Shown here: in pieces, positions 28,648-36,740 of the stretch
Layout: every line of letters begins with the position of its first letter
How positions within the stretch are numbered: the first letter of the stretch is position 1
Position numbers and translations under genes: made by a program
The notes under the pieces: generated by a model
The model's input: the letters and a program-made list of their open reading frames with translations, nothing else
What the model was told of the DNA's origin: nothing
Databases searched by the model: none
Source of the DNA: Candidatus Lustribacter sp.
GTDB lineage: Bacteria > Vulcanimicrobiota > Vulcanimicrobiia > Vulcanimicrobiales > Vulcanimicrobiaceae
Length of the DNA stretch: 64,000 bases
Reading direction: 5' to 3'
Assembly: GCA_965277805.1 (NCBI GenBank)
Contig: OZ255842.1
Coordinates: 2,176,001-2,240,000 of the forward strand

Positions 28648-29651
28648 TGACGCTCTCCTTCAAATTGCGGTGAGACCCAATCCGCCACGCTCTGCGCAAG
28701 CTCGTGGGCCAGGTCGAGATCGTGACAGTACACACCGATTGCGCCGGCCACCGCCGTACCGACGCGGATCGGGTATCCGCCAGGCAACGCCAGCATCCGG
28801 TACGGAACCGCGTCCATCAGTCTGTCGAGGACGCCGCCGGAATAATGACGGTGAGCGGCGATGTCGCGCGAAGCCATGCCGAAATTGACTGCCGCCGTCG
28901 CAGTGGCTATCGCGATGTCGGCCCCCATTGGCGGCGCACCGTCCATTCGATCAAGCGTGACGGCATCGCCGGCCGCGTCAACGACGGCGACTGCCGCACG
29001 CGCCCCCGTTTCCGTCGCCTGGGCTATCACCCAATCGGAAACCGCCCGCGCTCGCGTCAGAACAGCCTGCCTGCTAGCCTCGGGCACCGGATCCATGGCC
29101 GTTCCCTTCATCGTCGGATCCGGCGGAGCTCCGTAGGCTTCTGTCCAGCGAGCGGCGTCATCTCCGTGCTGCGGATTGTACGACATGCCGAGGGCGTAGC
29201 TGATGATCGTGTCCTCGAGATTCGCAGGCTTGCCGTCGACCATAAGTTGGGACGGCGGGACGCCCGGCAACTTGACGAATGGCCCGATGCCGAGGCCCGT
29301 CGCAATGGCGCCGACGATCCGGCCGTCCTCTATCACCGGCATCCCACCGGCGCCTGGAAACGGCTGATCGCGAAGAACGGCCTGATAGCTGGCGAAGACG
29401 CCGGGAAACTTCGCCATTCGTTCGGCGAAGCGCGCGCTCGGCTCGCCGTTCGCGGCCGTGGCAAACGCCTTCGCACGAACGAGCGGCAAGGCGGCGGGGG
29501 CGCAGCCATCCATGCGGACCACGCTCACCGGAGCTCCCGAAGCGTCGACCACGATGAAGGTTCCGGACTGCCGAAAAGCCTCGCACTTCGACACCGCACG
29601 CGCAAGCAACGCGCGGGCTTTGGAAAGCGTGAGGGTACTGGAATCAATCAT
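28644..29651 (-). CDS. Tandem-domain GlcG/HbpS (DUF336) heme-binding protein
   Basis: Two repeats of VVDAxG...RMDG...KA/TA...GGxP...GAI. Confidence 0.8.
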   Translation of the reverse strand: MIDSSTLTLSKARALLARAVSKCEAFRQSGTFIVVDASGAPVSVVRMDGCAPAALPLVRAKAFATAANGEPSARFAERMAKFPGVFASYQAVLRDQPFPGAGGMPVIEDGRIVGAIATGLGIGPFVKLPGVPPSQLMVDGKPANLEDTIISYALGMSYNPQHGDDAARWTEAYGAPPDPTMKGTAMDPVPEASRQAVLTRARAVSDWVIAQATETGARAAVAVVDAAGDAVTLDRMDGAPPMGADIAIATATAAVNFGMASRDIAAHRHYSGGVLDRLMDAVPYRMLALPGGYPIRVGTAVAGAIGVYCHDLDLAHELAQSVADWVSPQFEGERQ

Positions 29652-29747
29652 GAGGGCGCAAACCTTTTGTCGAAGATCGCAATCGGCCTATACGCGTCTT
29701 CAGTCGAGCCGAACTGTACCAGAGGAAGGACGCGGTCATGAAGTCGA

Positions 29748-29774
29748 GTAGAACTCCTAGTACTTCTAGTACTC
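29748..29774. promoter_or_regulatory. Three 9-bp-period repeats upstream of the XRE/MmyB regulator, probable operator
   Basis: GTAGAACTC CTAGTACTT CTAGTACTC seen directly in the divergent spacer. Confidence 0.55.
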
Positions 29775-29789
29775 GTCCACGGAGCGCCC

Positions 29790-30629
29790 ATGAACTCCGC
29801 TGATCCGGCCGCGCGTCGCAAAGAGCTGGGGATGTTTTTGCGCTCGCGGCGCCAAGCGATTGCACCCGAGGCTGCCGGGCTACGGCGAGGCGCGCGCCGC
29901 ATCGCGCGTGGCTTGCGTCGCGAGGAAGTGGCCGGCCTCGCGAACATTGGGGTCGTTTGGTATACCTGGCTCGAGCAGGGGCGCCCCGTGCGACCCTCTT
30001 CCGAAACGCTCACGCGGATTGCTCGCGTGCTGCGGCTCTCCCCGGAGGAATCGGGCTATGTCTTTAGCTTGGCCGAAAGGCAAATCGTACCATGGGGCGA
30101 GCTCGTAACGGCGGTGTCAGGCGACATCAAGGCGATGCTCAATGCGTTCACCGGCAGCGCGTTCGCGGTCAACGCGCGTATGGATCATCTTGCCTGGAAC
30201 CGGCAAACGGCGGCCCTCTACGAATTCGGCGACGGCACTGATTGGAAAGCCAACAATCACATTTGGCGCATGTTCAAGGACCCGGTCCTACGCCGCATCG
30301 TGCGTAACTGGGACGAGATGTTCCACGGTCCAGTCGCAATCTTTCGCTCGTTGTATGCCCATCATGGTGCAGACGCCCGCATCGACGAACTCCTTGACGC
30401 GCTTGCCGATTCGCCCGAGTTCACGCGCGCGTGGTCTGAAAAAACGGTCGGCCGCGGGCCGGCTATTGAGCTCTGCTTCGAAACGGCCGCCGGGCCGATC
30501 GCGGTGCGGTCGATGACCTTAGAGCCGCCCGCACTTCCAGGGGTCGTGTTGTTTCTGCAAACGCCGCTCGATGACAAAAGCCACGCCGCCCTCCAGCACT
30601 TAGCCAAGCGAACCGGATTGCACTCATGA
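29790..30629 (+). CDS. XRE/MmyB family transcriptional regulator
   Basis: LGMFLRSRR, GLRREEVAGLA, WYTWLEQGR and a PAS-like ligand domain. Confidence 0.92.
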   Translation: MNSADPAARRKELGMFLRSRRQAIAPEAAGLRRGARRIARGLRREEVAGLANIGVVWYTWLEQGRPVRPSSETLTRIARVLRLSPEESGYVFSLAERQIVPWGELVTAVSGDIKAMLNAFTGSAFAVNARMDHLAWNRQTAALYEFGDGTDWKANNHIWRMFKDPVLRRIVRNWDEMFHGPVAIFRSLYAHHGADARIDELLDALADSPEFTRAWSEKTVGRGPAIELCFETAAGPIAVRSMTLEPPALPGVVLFLQTPLDDKSHAALQHLAKRTGLHS

Positions 30630-31864
30630 AGAACACGATCTCGCACGTCACCCCGAGCTTGTCGAGGGGCCGCCTCCATCATCACATTTGGTGGGTAACA
30701 GCTGCTGCGGCGACCCTTCTCACCAGCCTCAGCCAACTCGGCGGGGCGGCAATGTCCGCCACCAACGAGCCGTACCAGATCAACGTCGTTACCCCGGCGA
30801 CCGGCAGCGGTGCGTTTCTCGGCAAATCGTACAAGGAAACGTTCAGCGCACTCGAGGTCGCGGTGAATCGCTCGGGCGGTATTCAAGGACGAAAAGTTGC
30901 CTTCGTGCTTAACGATTCACAGACGTCGCCGCAAACCGGCCTGCAAATCGTCAACGGCTTGATCGCAAAACACGTGCAAGTCTTTATCGACGGCGGGCCG
31001 AGCACCGTCTGCGGCCCGAGCGTGGCAGTGGTGCAAAACACCGGCCCGGTCGACTACTGCCTCTCGCCCATCATTCATCCGCCGACCGGCAGCTACGTTT
31101 TCTCTGCCGGACTCTCGAGCGTCGATCAAGCCCGGCTCGCCGTGCGCTACTATCGCGAGCGCGGCTGGACGAAGATCGCGATGCTGAGCTCCACCGACAC
31201 GACCGGCGCCGATCTCGAACGTCAAACCGATGCGGCGCTCACTGAAAACGAAAACAAGGGCGTGCAGATCGTCACGCGCGACCACTTCAACGGCACGGAC
31301 CTCAGCGTTGCCGCGCAAATCTCCCGCATCAAGTCGAGCGATGCGCAGGCCGTACTCGTGTGGACCACCGGCACACCGTTCGGCACCGTCGTGCGCTCGA
31401 TGAAAGACGCGGGACTCAACTTGCCCGTACTCACCACGAATTCGAACATGACCTACGCGCAGATGAGCGCGTATGCCGACACGCTGCCGGAGCAGATGTA
31501 CTTTCCGGCACTCCTCGCGTTGACACCGGAAGGCACCGGCAAAGGCCCGCTGCACGATGCCCAGCAGGCCTACCTCGCGGCATTCAAGGCCGTCGGCGTG
31601 CGTCCCGACGAGGGTCACATCCTGGCGTGGGATCCGACGATGATCGTCGTCACCGCACTGCGCAGCATCGGACCGGATGCGACGGCAACGCAAATCCGTG
31701 ATTTCATCCTGCATTTGCACGGCTGGGTCGGCGTCGACGGCGTCTACGACTTCTCATCGGGCAATCAGCGCGGCGTCGCCGACAACGCTGCTGCGATCGC
31801 GCGCTGGTCCCCCGAAAAAGGGACCTGGATCCGCGTAAGCCGCCCGCAAGCCTATCTCAAATGA
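30626..31864 (+). CDS. Branched-chain-type solute-binding protein, orphan
   Basis: GGIQGRKV, DSQTSPQ motifs; ATGA overlap start. Confidence 0.87.
   Translation: MKNTISHVTPSLSRGRLHHHIWWVTAAAATLLTSLSQLGGAAMSATNEPYQINVVTPATGSGAFLGKSYKETFSALEVAVNRSGGIQGRKVAFVLNDSQTSPQTGLQIVNGLIAKHVQVFIDGGPSTVCGPSVAVVQNTGPVDYCLSPIIHPPTGSYVFSAGLSSVDQARLAVRYYRERGWTKIAMLSSTDTTGADLERQTDAALTENENKGVQIVTRDHFNGTDLSVAAQISRIKSSDAQAVLVWTTGTPFGTVVRSMKDAGLNLPVLTTNSNMTYAQMSAYADTLPEQMYFPALLALTPEGTGKGPLHDAQQAYLAAFKAVGVRPDEGHILAWDPTMIVVTALRSIGPDATATQIRDFILHLHGWVGVDGVYDFSSGNQRGVADNAAAIARWSPEKGTWIRVSRPQAYLK
30647..30674 (+). repeat. REP-like palindrome, short form, within the 5' end of the SBP ORF
   Basis: GTCACCCCGAGCTTGTCGAGGGGCCGCC. 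Confidence 0.82.
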
Positions 31865-33075
31865 GCATCTGCCTGATGAAAATGCTCTTGGGTACCATTA
31901 TGGCCAAGTGGCTTACGCGCCTCGTGGCAACGGTATTGCTGATCTCGCTTGCGCTCGTGCCGAACGTGGCGCGCGCCGAAGACCCCTACGAGATCTATGT
32001 CGTGCTCCCGCTCACCGGTTTTGCCGCGTTCCTCGGTGCGGGCGTAGCGACCACGCTGGGCGTCGTCCAGGAAATCACGAACCAGCACGGCGGGATTCAC
32101 GGCCGCCCGGTCAAGTTCGTCATCGAGGACGACCAATCGTCACCGCAGGTCACGCTTCAGCTAACGCAAGCGATTGCGGCGAAACACGTTCCGGCAATGT
32201 TAGGCTCGGCGGTATCGGCGATGTGCCAGGCTCAGCTTCCCGCGATCAAAGATGGCCCGCTGACCTGGTGCATGTCACCGGTGGTCCGGCCACCGGCCGG
32301 CAGCTTCATGTTCACGGTTCTGCAAACGACCGACGACTACATCGACGTATGCCTGCGCTACGCTGAAGCGCGTGGTTGGCACAAACTTGCCGTTATCACG
32401 ACCACGGATGCATCGGGCCAAGACTTCGACGCAACACTCGATCGCGTGATGGCGAAGCCGGAACACCGCGGCGAGTCCATCGTTTCGCGCGATCACTACA
32501 ACATCTCCGATATCAGCGTTGCAGCGCAGGTTGCACACATCAAGAGCTCGGGCGCCGACGCGATGTTCGGCTGGTCGGCCGGAACGTCGTTCAGCACGCT
32601 GTTGCATGCCGACGTCGACGCCGGTGTGGATCTGCCGATGTTTACGAGCGCGGCAAATCTGGTGACGGCACAAATGAAGACGCTCAGCTCGATCGCCCCG
32701 ACCGCACTCTACATTCCGGGCACGGCCGCCTACGCGCCGAATCTCCTGCGCGACGGCCCGCAAAAGCAGGCCGTTCTCGAATACATCAACGCGATGCGCG
32801 CCCGGAACTTGCCGATCGACCAAACCACCTTAAACGGGTGGGACGAACCAACGATCATCATCAACGCCCTGCGCAAGTTCGGCACAAACGCCACAGCCGA
32901 GCAGCTCCGCTCCTATTTGGCCGCTTACAAAGGCCCGGGCATCGTTGGAAACTATGACTTTCCGCAATACCCGCAACGCGGCTTGAACGCCTCGAGCGTG
33001 CTCGTCGTTCGGTGGGACCAAGCCCACCAAACATGGACCGGCGCGAGTCAGTTCGGCGGTACGCCGATCAAGTAG
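31861..33075 (+). CDS. Branched-chain-type solute-binding protein, orphan
   Basis: GGIHGRPV, DDQSSPQV; start may be ATG 31900. Confidence 0.87.
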   Translation: MSICLMKMLLGTIMAKWLTRLVATVLLISLALVPNVARAEDPYEIYVVLPLTGFAAFLGAGVATTLGVVQEITNQHGGIHGRPVKFVIEDDQSSPQVTLQLTQAIAAKHVPAMLGSAVSAMCQAQLPAIKDGPLTWCMSPVVRPPAGSFMFTVLQTTDDYIDVCLRYAEARGWHKLAVITTTDASGQDFDATLDRVMAKPEHRGESIVSRDHYNISDISVAAQVAHIKSSGADAMFGWSAGTSFSTLLHADVDAGVDLPMFTSAANLVTAQMKTLSSIAPTALYIPGTAAYAPNLLRDGPQKQAVLEYINAMRARNLPIDQTTLNGWDEPTIIINALRKFGTNATAEQLRSYLAAYKGPGIVGNYDFPQYPQRGLNASSVLVVRWDQAHQTWTGASQFGGTPIK

Positions 33076-34336
33076 CCGCGGCCGTGTGCAGCACGGCGCT
33101 CGGATGCTCGTCCTTCTTCAAACGGTGCGCGCGCACGGTGAGGCCGGCGACGGGATCTTCCAACGGCGTTCGCTGCGCCATCAACGGATCGCGCCCGGCA
33201 GCGACGTCGGCGATCGCCTTCAGCATCTGGCGGCGCATCACGATCACCGGTTCGTCGGTTGTGCCGAGGCGTTCCGTCGAACGATCGTAGATCGGCCCTT
33301 GCGTTTCGATCGCGAACCGGTCGTGATCCTGAAAGTTCGGTCCCATCCCGATAAACGTGCTGCTGCGCATCTCGCTGCGGTTCTGCAGATAGCGGTTCGT
33401 GGCGTTGCGGCGGCCCTCGTATTTCTCATCGACCTCACCCTTGATGGTCCGATCGCAGTATGCGTGGTCGAGCGGTCCGTTCTGTCGATGCACGATGACG
33501 TACTTGTAGTGATGCGTATCGTCGATCGGCACGTGCCAATGTGCCTGATAACCTTCGTTAGCCACCGGCTTGCGCAGCGCCGGGTCGATGAGCGGAATGC
33601 CGTCGAACATCGAACCGTTGGGCATGATGAAGTTGGATATGCGCACGTACACTTCGTCGTCGCCGGCTCGACGAGAAGCATACGCACGTAGGCCGAACGC
33701 CGTTTCTTCGACGGTCAGCTTGGGCGCAACGTCGCCGCCCATAATGATGCCGGCATCGACGAACTGTTGCGACGTGTCGTTGAAGTGGTGCAGAAATGAA
33801 AGGTGCTGCGGGTCGATATTGCCTTCGTTGCCCTGCAGGTAGTTACACGCTTGCCACAGCTTCGTCGCCCACACCTGATCCGGCGGCGCGCTCAGGAACG
33901 GAAAACGCGGCACGGGCGGCGGCTCGTCGGGCCCCATGTATGCGAAGATCAACCCGTTGCTTTCGTGCAGCGGATATGCGGTGTGCCGAACGCGGTCTTT
34001 GAACGTGCTCCCGGCCGTTTCACCCGGCTGCTCGAGACAGCGGCCGTCGCGCGCCATCACCCAGCCGTGATAGAGGCACCGCAGGCCGCCCGCCTCGATC
34101 CGCCCGTAGCTCAGGTCAACGCCGCGGTGCGGGCACTTCAAACCCAAAAGCCCCGGCAGTCCATACTCGTCGCGAAAGAGCACCAGATGTTCACTGAGGA
34201 TCTGCACGGGCTTGGGTGTCCCGGGCTGAGCTTCTTCCGATAAAGCAACTGGCTGCCAATACCGCCGCAGCATGTTGCCGCCAGGCGTACCGGGCGAGGT
34301 TTGCGTGAGCAGATCGTTTTGGGCTTTCGTCAGCAC
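33068..34336 (-). CDS. Rieske oxygenase alpha subunit (phthalate 4,5-dioxygenase family)
   Basis: CPHRG...CLYHGW, EGNIDPQHLSFLH; paralog of 19360-20661. Confidence 0.92.
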   Translation of the reverse strand: MLTKAQNDLLTQTSPGTPGGNMLRRYWQPVALSEEAQPGTPKPVQILSEHLVLFRDEYGLPGLLGLKCPHRGVDLSYGRIEAGGLRCLYHGWVMARDGRCLEQPGETAGSTFKDRVRHTAYPLHESNGLIFAYMGPDEPPPVPRFPFLSAPPDQVWATKLWQACNYLQGNEGNIDPQHLSFLHHFNDTSQQFVDAGIIMGGDVAPKLTVEETAFGLRAYASRRAGDDEVYVRISNFIMPNGSMFDGIPLIDPALRKPVANEGYQAHWHVPIDDTHHYKYVIVHRQNGPLDHAYCDRTIKGEVDEKYEGRRNATNRYLQNRSEMRSSTFIGMGPNFQDHDRFAIETQGPIYDRSTERLGTTDEPVIVMRRQMLKAIADVAAGRDPLMAQRTPLEDPVAGLTVRAHRLKKDEHPSAVLHTAAAT

Positions 34337-34396
34337 ACCACGGAATTGTCAGTGGCATTTGCCACACCCTCCAGCGATCCGGCGCGACGGGGCGGC

Positions 34397-34741
34397 CTAA
34401 CCAATAGCAGCCGTCCCCGCCATGACGCGCAGCACGTGCGTCTTCTCATGGAGGTCCGCTGGGTCGCCGCCGGCCGACCAGCCGAGCGCGCGACGATAGC
34501 TGCCCAAGTCGCCGCGTTCGGCAAGTTGTTGCTCGCTGACCTCGACGTGCCGGTGCGCCTCGGGCGAGACGAACAGCGCGTCAACCGGGCAGTAGGCTTC
34601 ACACAGGAAGCAGGTCTGACAGTCGTCCTGCCGCGTGATGACCGGTGCCGCATCATCGCGCGCATCGAACACGTTGGTCGGGCAAACCTTCACGCAGATG
34701 TTGCACGAAATGCAACGCGATGCGGAAACGAGTTCGATCAT
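34397..34741 (-). CDS. 2x[4Fe-4S] ferredoxin (AsfB-like)
   Basis: CISCNICVKVCP and CQTCFLCEAYCP. Confidence 0.9.
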   Translation of the reverse strand: MIELVSASRCISCNICVKVCPTNVFDARDDAAPVITRQDDCQTCFLCEAYCPVDALFVSPEAHRHVEVSEQQLAERGDLGSYRRALGWSAGGDPADLHEKTHVLRVMAGTAAIG

Positions 34742-36336
34742 CAGGCGCTCACGAGATCTCGGACGGCCGCTCGTGGCACCGGCTGTTCGTAGCGCAACGC
34801 GATCGTATCGACGCCCGAGAGGATCTGATGGTGTTGCTGCAGCGGATCGATCTGCGGGAAGTCGGTGCGCCTGTGCATGCCGCGGCTCTCGGTGCGCGCG
34901 AGCGCGCTCGTATACGCCCAGCGCGCCGTTGCCGCAAGTGCGGCCGCTTCACGGGAGCGCTGCACCTCGCGCGCGCCGCCAACAACTTCCGCGCTTTGCG
35001 GCATCCCTGATGCCCATAGCCCATCCAGCACCGCGAGCGACGAACGCAGTCCCGCATCGGTGCGGAACATGTTTTTCTCGAGCGGCAGCATCTCGTTCTT
35101 CACCCTGGCAATCGCTGCGTCGGACTCGGTGATTTTCCACGTACCGGCGCCGGTGAGGCGTCGCGTCTTGCGCGACGCTCCAAGGCGCAGCGCAAAGGCC
35201 GCAGCGCCTTCGCCGGCCCACGAACCCGAGGACATCGCCCACGCGGCATTGTGACTTCCGCCGCCGGTAAAACCGCCGCAGATGCGTTCGCGCGTCGCCG
35301 CATCGCCGGCTGCATACAGACCCGGTACTCGCGATGCGCAGGTTTCATCCGTGATGCGGATGCCGCCCGTGCCGCGTACCGTTCCTTCGAGTACGAGCGT
35401 CACGGGGAAGCGTTCGTTGAACGGGTCGATGCCGCTGCGGTCGAACGGCAAGAAAAAGTTCGGTTGCGCCAACCGCAGGAAAGCCTGAACCTCGGGTCGC
35501 TCCTTGGCTTTGATCAGTTGCGCGTAGACGGGACCGTTGATCAGCGTCCGGCCGATCGTGGCAGCGGAGTGATGACCGTCCTTGACCGCCTTGATGTCTT
35601 CGCCCGCTTCGTTCGTGAACACGGCCCAACTGTAATGCGCGGTTTTCGTAACGGAGCCGAACACGGTCGAGACGGCGTATTGGCTCGAGAACTCCATACC
35701 GGAAAGCTCCGCTCCCGCTTCGCCGGCGAAGAGATAACCGTCGCCGGTGTTATTGTTCGTGCCGAGCGCCTTGCTCAAGAACGCGCATCCGCCGGTCGCG
35801 ATCACCACGGCACCCGAACGCACGGTCCAGTCACGTTCTTCCTGTTGCTGCACGCCGCGCGCGCCGGCCACGTTGCCGCTGCCGTCGACCAGCAGCTCGA
35901 GTGCAGGGCTATGATCGAGAATCTTCACTCCCGCGCGTGAGATGACTTTGCGCATCAAGCGCATGTACTCCGGACCCTGCAAGTTGCGTCGCACCGTCTC
36001 GCCGTTTTCGCGCGGGAACGGATAGCCCCACGCCTCGACCAGCTCCATGTTCGACCAGGTGCGATCGAGCACGCGATCCATCCAATCGTGGTCGGCGAGA
36101 TAACCGCCGAGCGCTTCGCGTTGCGCCTTGGCCTTTTCGCGATCTTCCGTCGTCGGCGGAATCACCCACACGCCGGTACCGCTCGGCGCGGTCGCGCCGC
36201 TCGAGCCGCAATAGCCCTTATCGACGAGCACGACCGAGGCGCCGGCTTGCGCCGCGTTCCATGCAGCCCACGTTCCGGCGGGTCCGCCCCCGATCACGAG
36301 AACGTCGGCATCGAGTTCCAAGCCGTCCTTAAACAT
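34741..36336 (-). CDS. FAD-dependent oxidoreductase, SdhA/AprA superfamily (AsfA-like)
   Basis: DVLVIGGGPAG, IATGG, NTGDG, GLYAAGD, ARTESRGMHRRTDFP; GAGGT RBS before ATG 36336. Confidence 0.88.
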   Translation of the reverse strand: MFKDGLELDADVLVIGGGPAGTWAAWNAAQAGASVVLVDKGYCGSSGATAPSGTGVWVIPPTTEDREKAKAQREALGGYLADHDWMDRVLDRTWSNMELVEAWGYPFPRENGETVRRNLQGPEYMRLMRKVISRAGVKILDHSPALELLVDGSGNVAGARGVQQQEERDWTVRSGAVVIATGGCAFLSKALGTNNNTGDGYLFAGEAGAELSGMEFSSQYAVSTVFGSVTKTAHYSWAVFTNEAGEDIKAVKDGHHSAATIGRTLINGPVYAQLIKAKERPEVQAFLRLAQPNFFLPFDRSGIDPFNERFPVTLVLEGTVRGTGGIRITDETCASRVPGLYAAGDAATRERICGGFTGGGSHNAAWAMSSGSWAGEGAAAFALRLGASRKTRRLTGAGTWKITESDAAIARVKNEMLPLEKNMFRTDAGLRSSLAVLDGLWASGMPQSAEVVGGAREVQRSREAAALAATARWAYTSALARTESRGMHRRTDFPQIDPLQQHHQILSGVDTIALRYEQPVPRAAVRDLVSA

Positions 36337-36360
36337 TCTTACCTCAAAAGCACGTGTGGG

Positions 36361-36397
36361 AAAAAGAAAAAAGCCCCCCGCCGGTTGGCGGAGGGCT
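36361..36397 (-). terminator. Intrinsic terminator (attenuator) upstream of the AsfA-like gene
   Basis: Minus strand AGCCCTCCGCC-AACC-GGCGGGGGGCT followed by TTTTTCTTTTT. Confidence 0.88.
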
Positions 36398-36427
36398 CGC
36401 ATTCGCACGAACAAACGGTCGAGCGCG

Positions 36428-36493
36428 CTAAACCAGCATCACACCACTACGGCGGACGGTCTCGGCGCAACAACAACGGTTCACGAACGACAT
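36428..36493 (-). CDS. Cys-rich leader peptide MSFVNRCCCAETVRRSGVMLV
   Basis: Own translation; TGT TGT TGC run; ATG 7 nt after -10 TACAGT; terminator follows. Confidence 0.78.
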   Translation of the reverse strand: MSFVNRCCCAETVRRSGVMLV

Positions 36494-36500
36494 CGACGGC

Positions 36501-36566
36501 ACTGTAACACACCCTTCAAGACGCTGTCAAACCGGTTTGACAGCATTCTACACGGCGTGTTATGGT
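36501..36566. promoter_or_regulatory. Back-to-back sigma70-type promoters sharing a 22-bp palindrome
   Basis: GCTGTCAAACCGGTTTGACAGC (36523-36544); plus strand TTGACA 36537-42, 18 nt, TGT-TATGGT 36561-66; minus strand TTGACA 36530-25, 18 nt, TGT-TACAGT 36506-01. Confidence 0.8.
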
Positions 36567-36572
36567 GCGGCC

Positions 36573-36647
36573 ATGTCGGCTCGCCGTTTCGTCTGCACGT
36601 GTCCCTGTTGTCTTGCTGGAAACGAGCGAGCCTTGTTTGTGATGTAG
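36573..36647 (+). CDS. Cys-rich leader peptide MSARRFVCTCPCCLAGNERALFVM
   Basis: Own translation; 4 Cys in 6 codons; ATG 6 nt after -10 TATGGT; alternative hairpins and terminator follow. Confidence 0.82.
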   Translation: MSARRFVCTCPCCLAGNERALFVM

Positions 36648-36671
36648 GCGTTTCTGCCGCCGCGTCCGTGC

Positions 36672-36705
36672 AAGCCCTCGCTCGAGCGAGGGCTTTTTTA
36701 TTTTT
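36672..36705 (+). terminator. Intrinsic terminator (attenuator) upstream of the sulfonate ABC operon
   Basis: AAGCCCTCGC-TCGA-GCGAGGGC followed by TTTTTTATTTTT. Confidence 0.9.
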
Positions 36706-36740
36706 GTTGCCGTCCGCCCGAAAGGCCAGAGACCGTTCGA

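Noticed and set aside
36340-36740. SAM riboswitch or T-box as the regulatory element
   Set aside because: No recognisable aptamer or T-box consensus by eye, and the Cys uORFs explain the layout; an Rfam scan would be the definitive check
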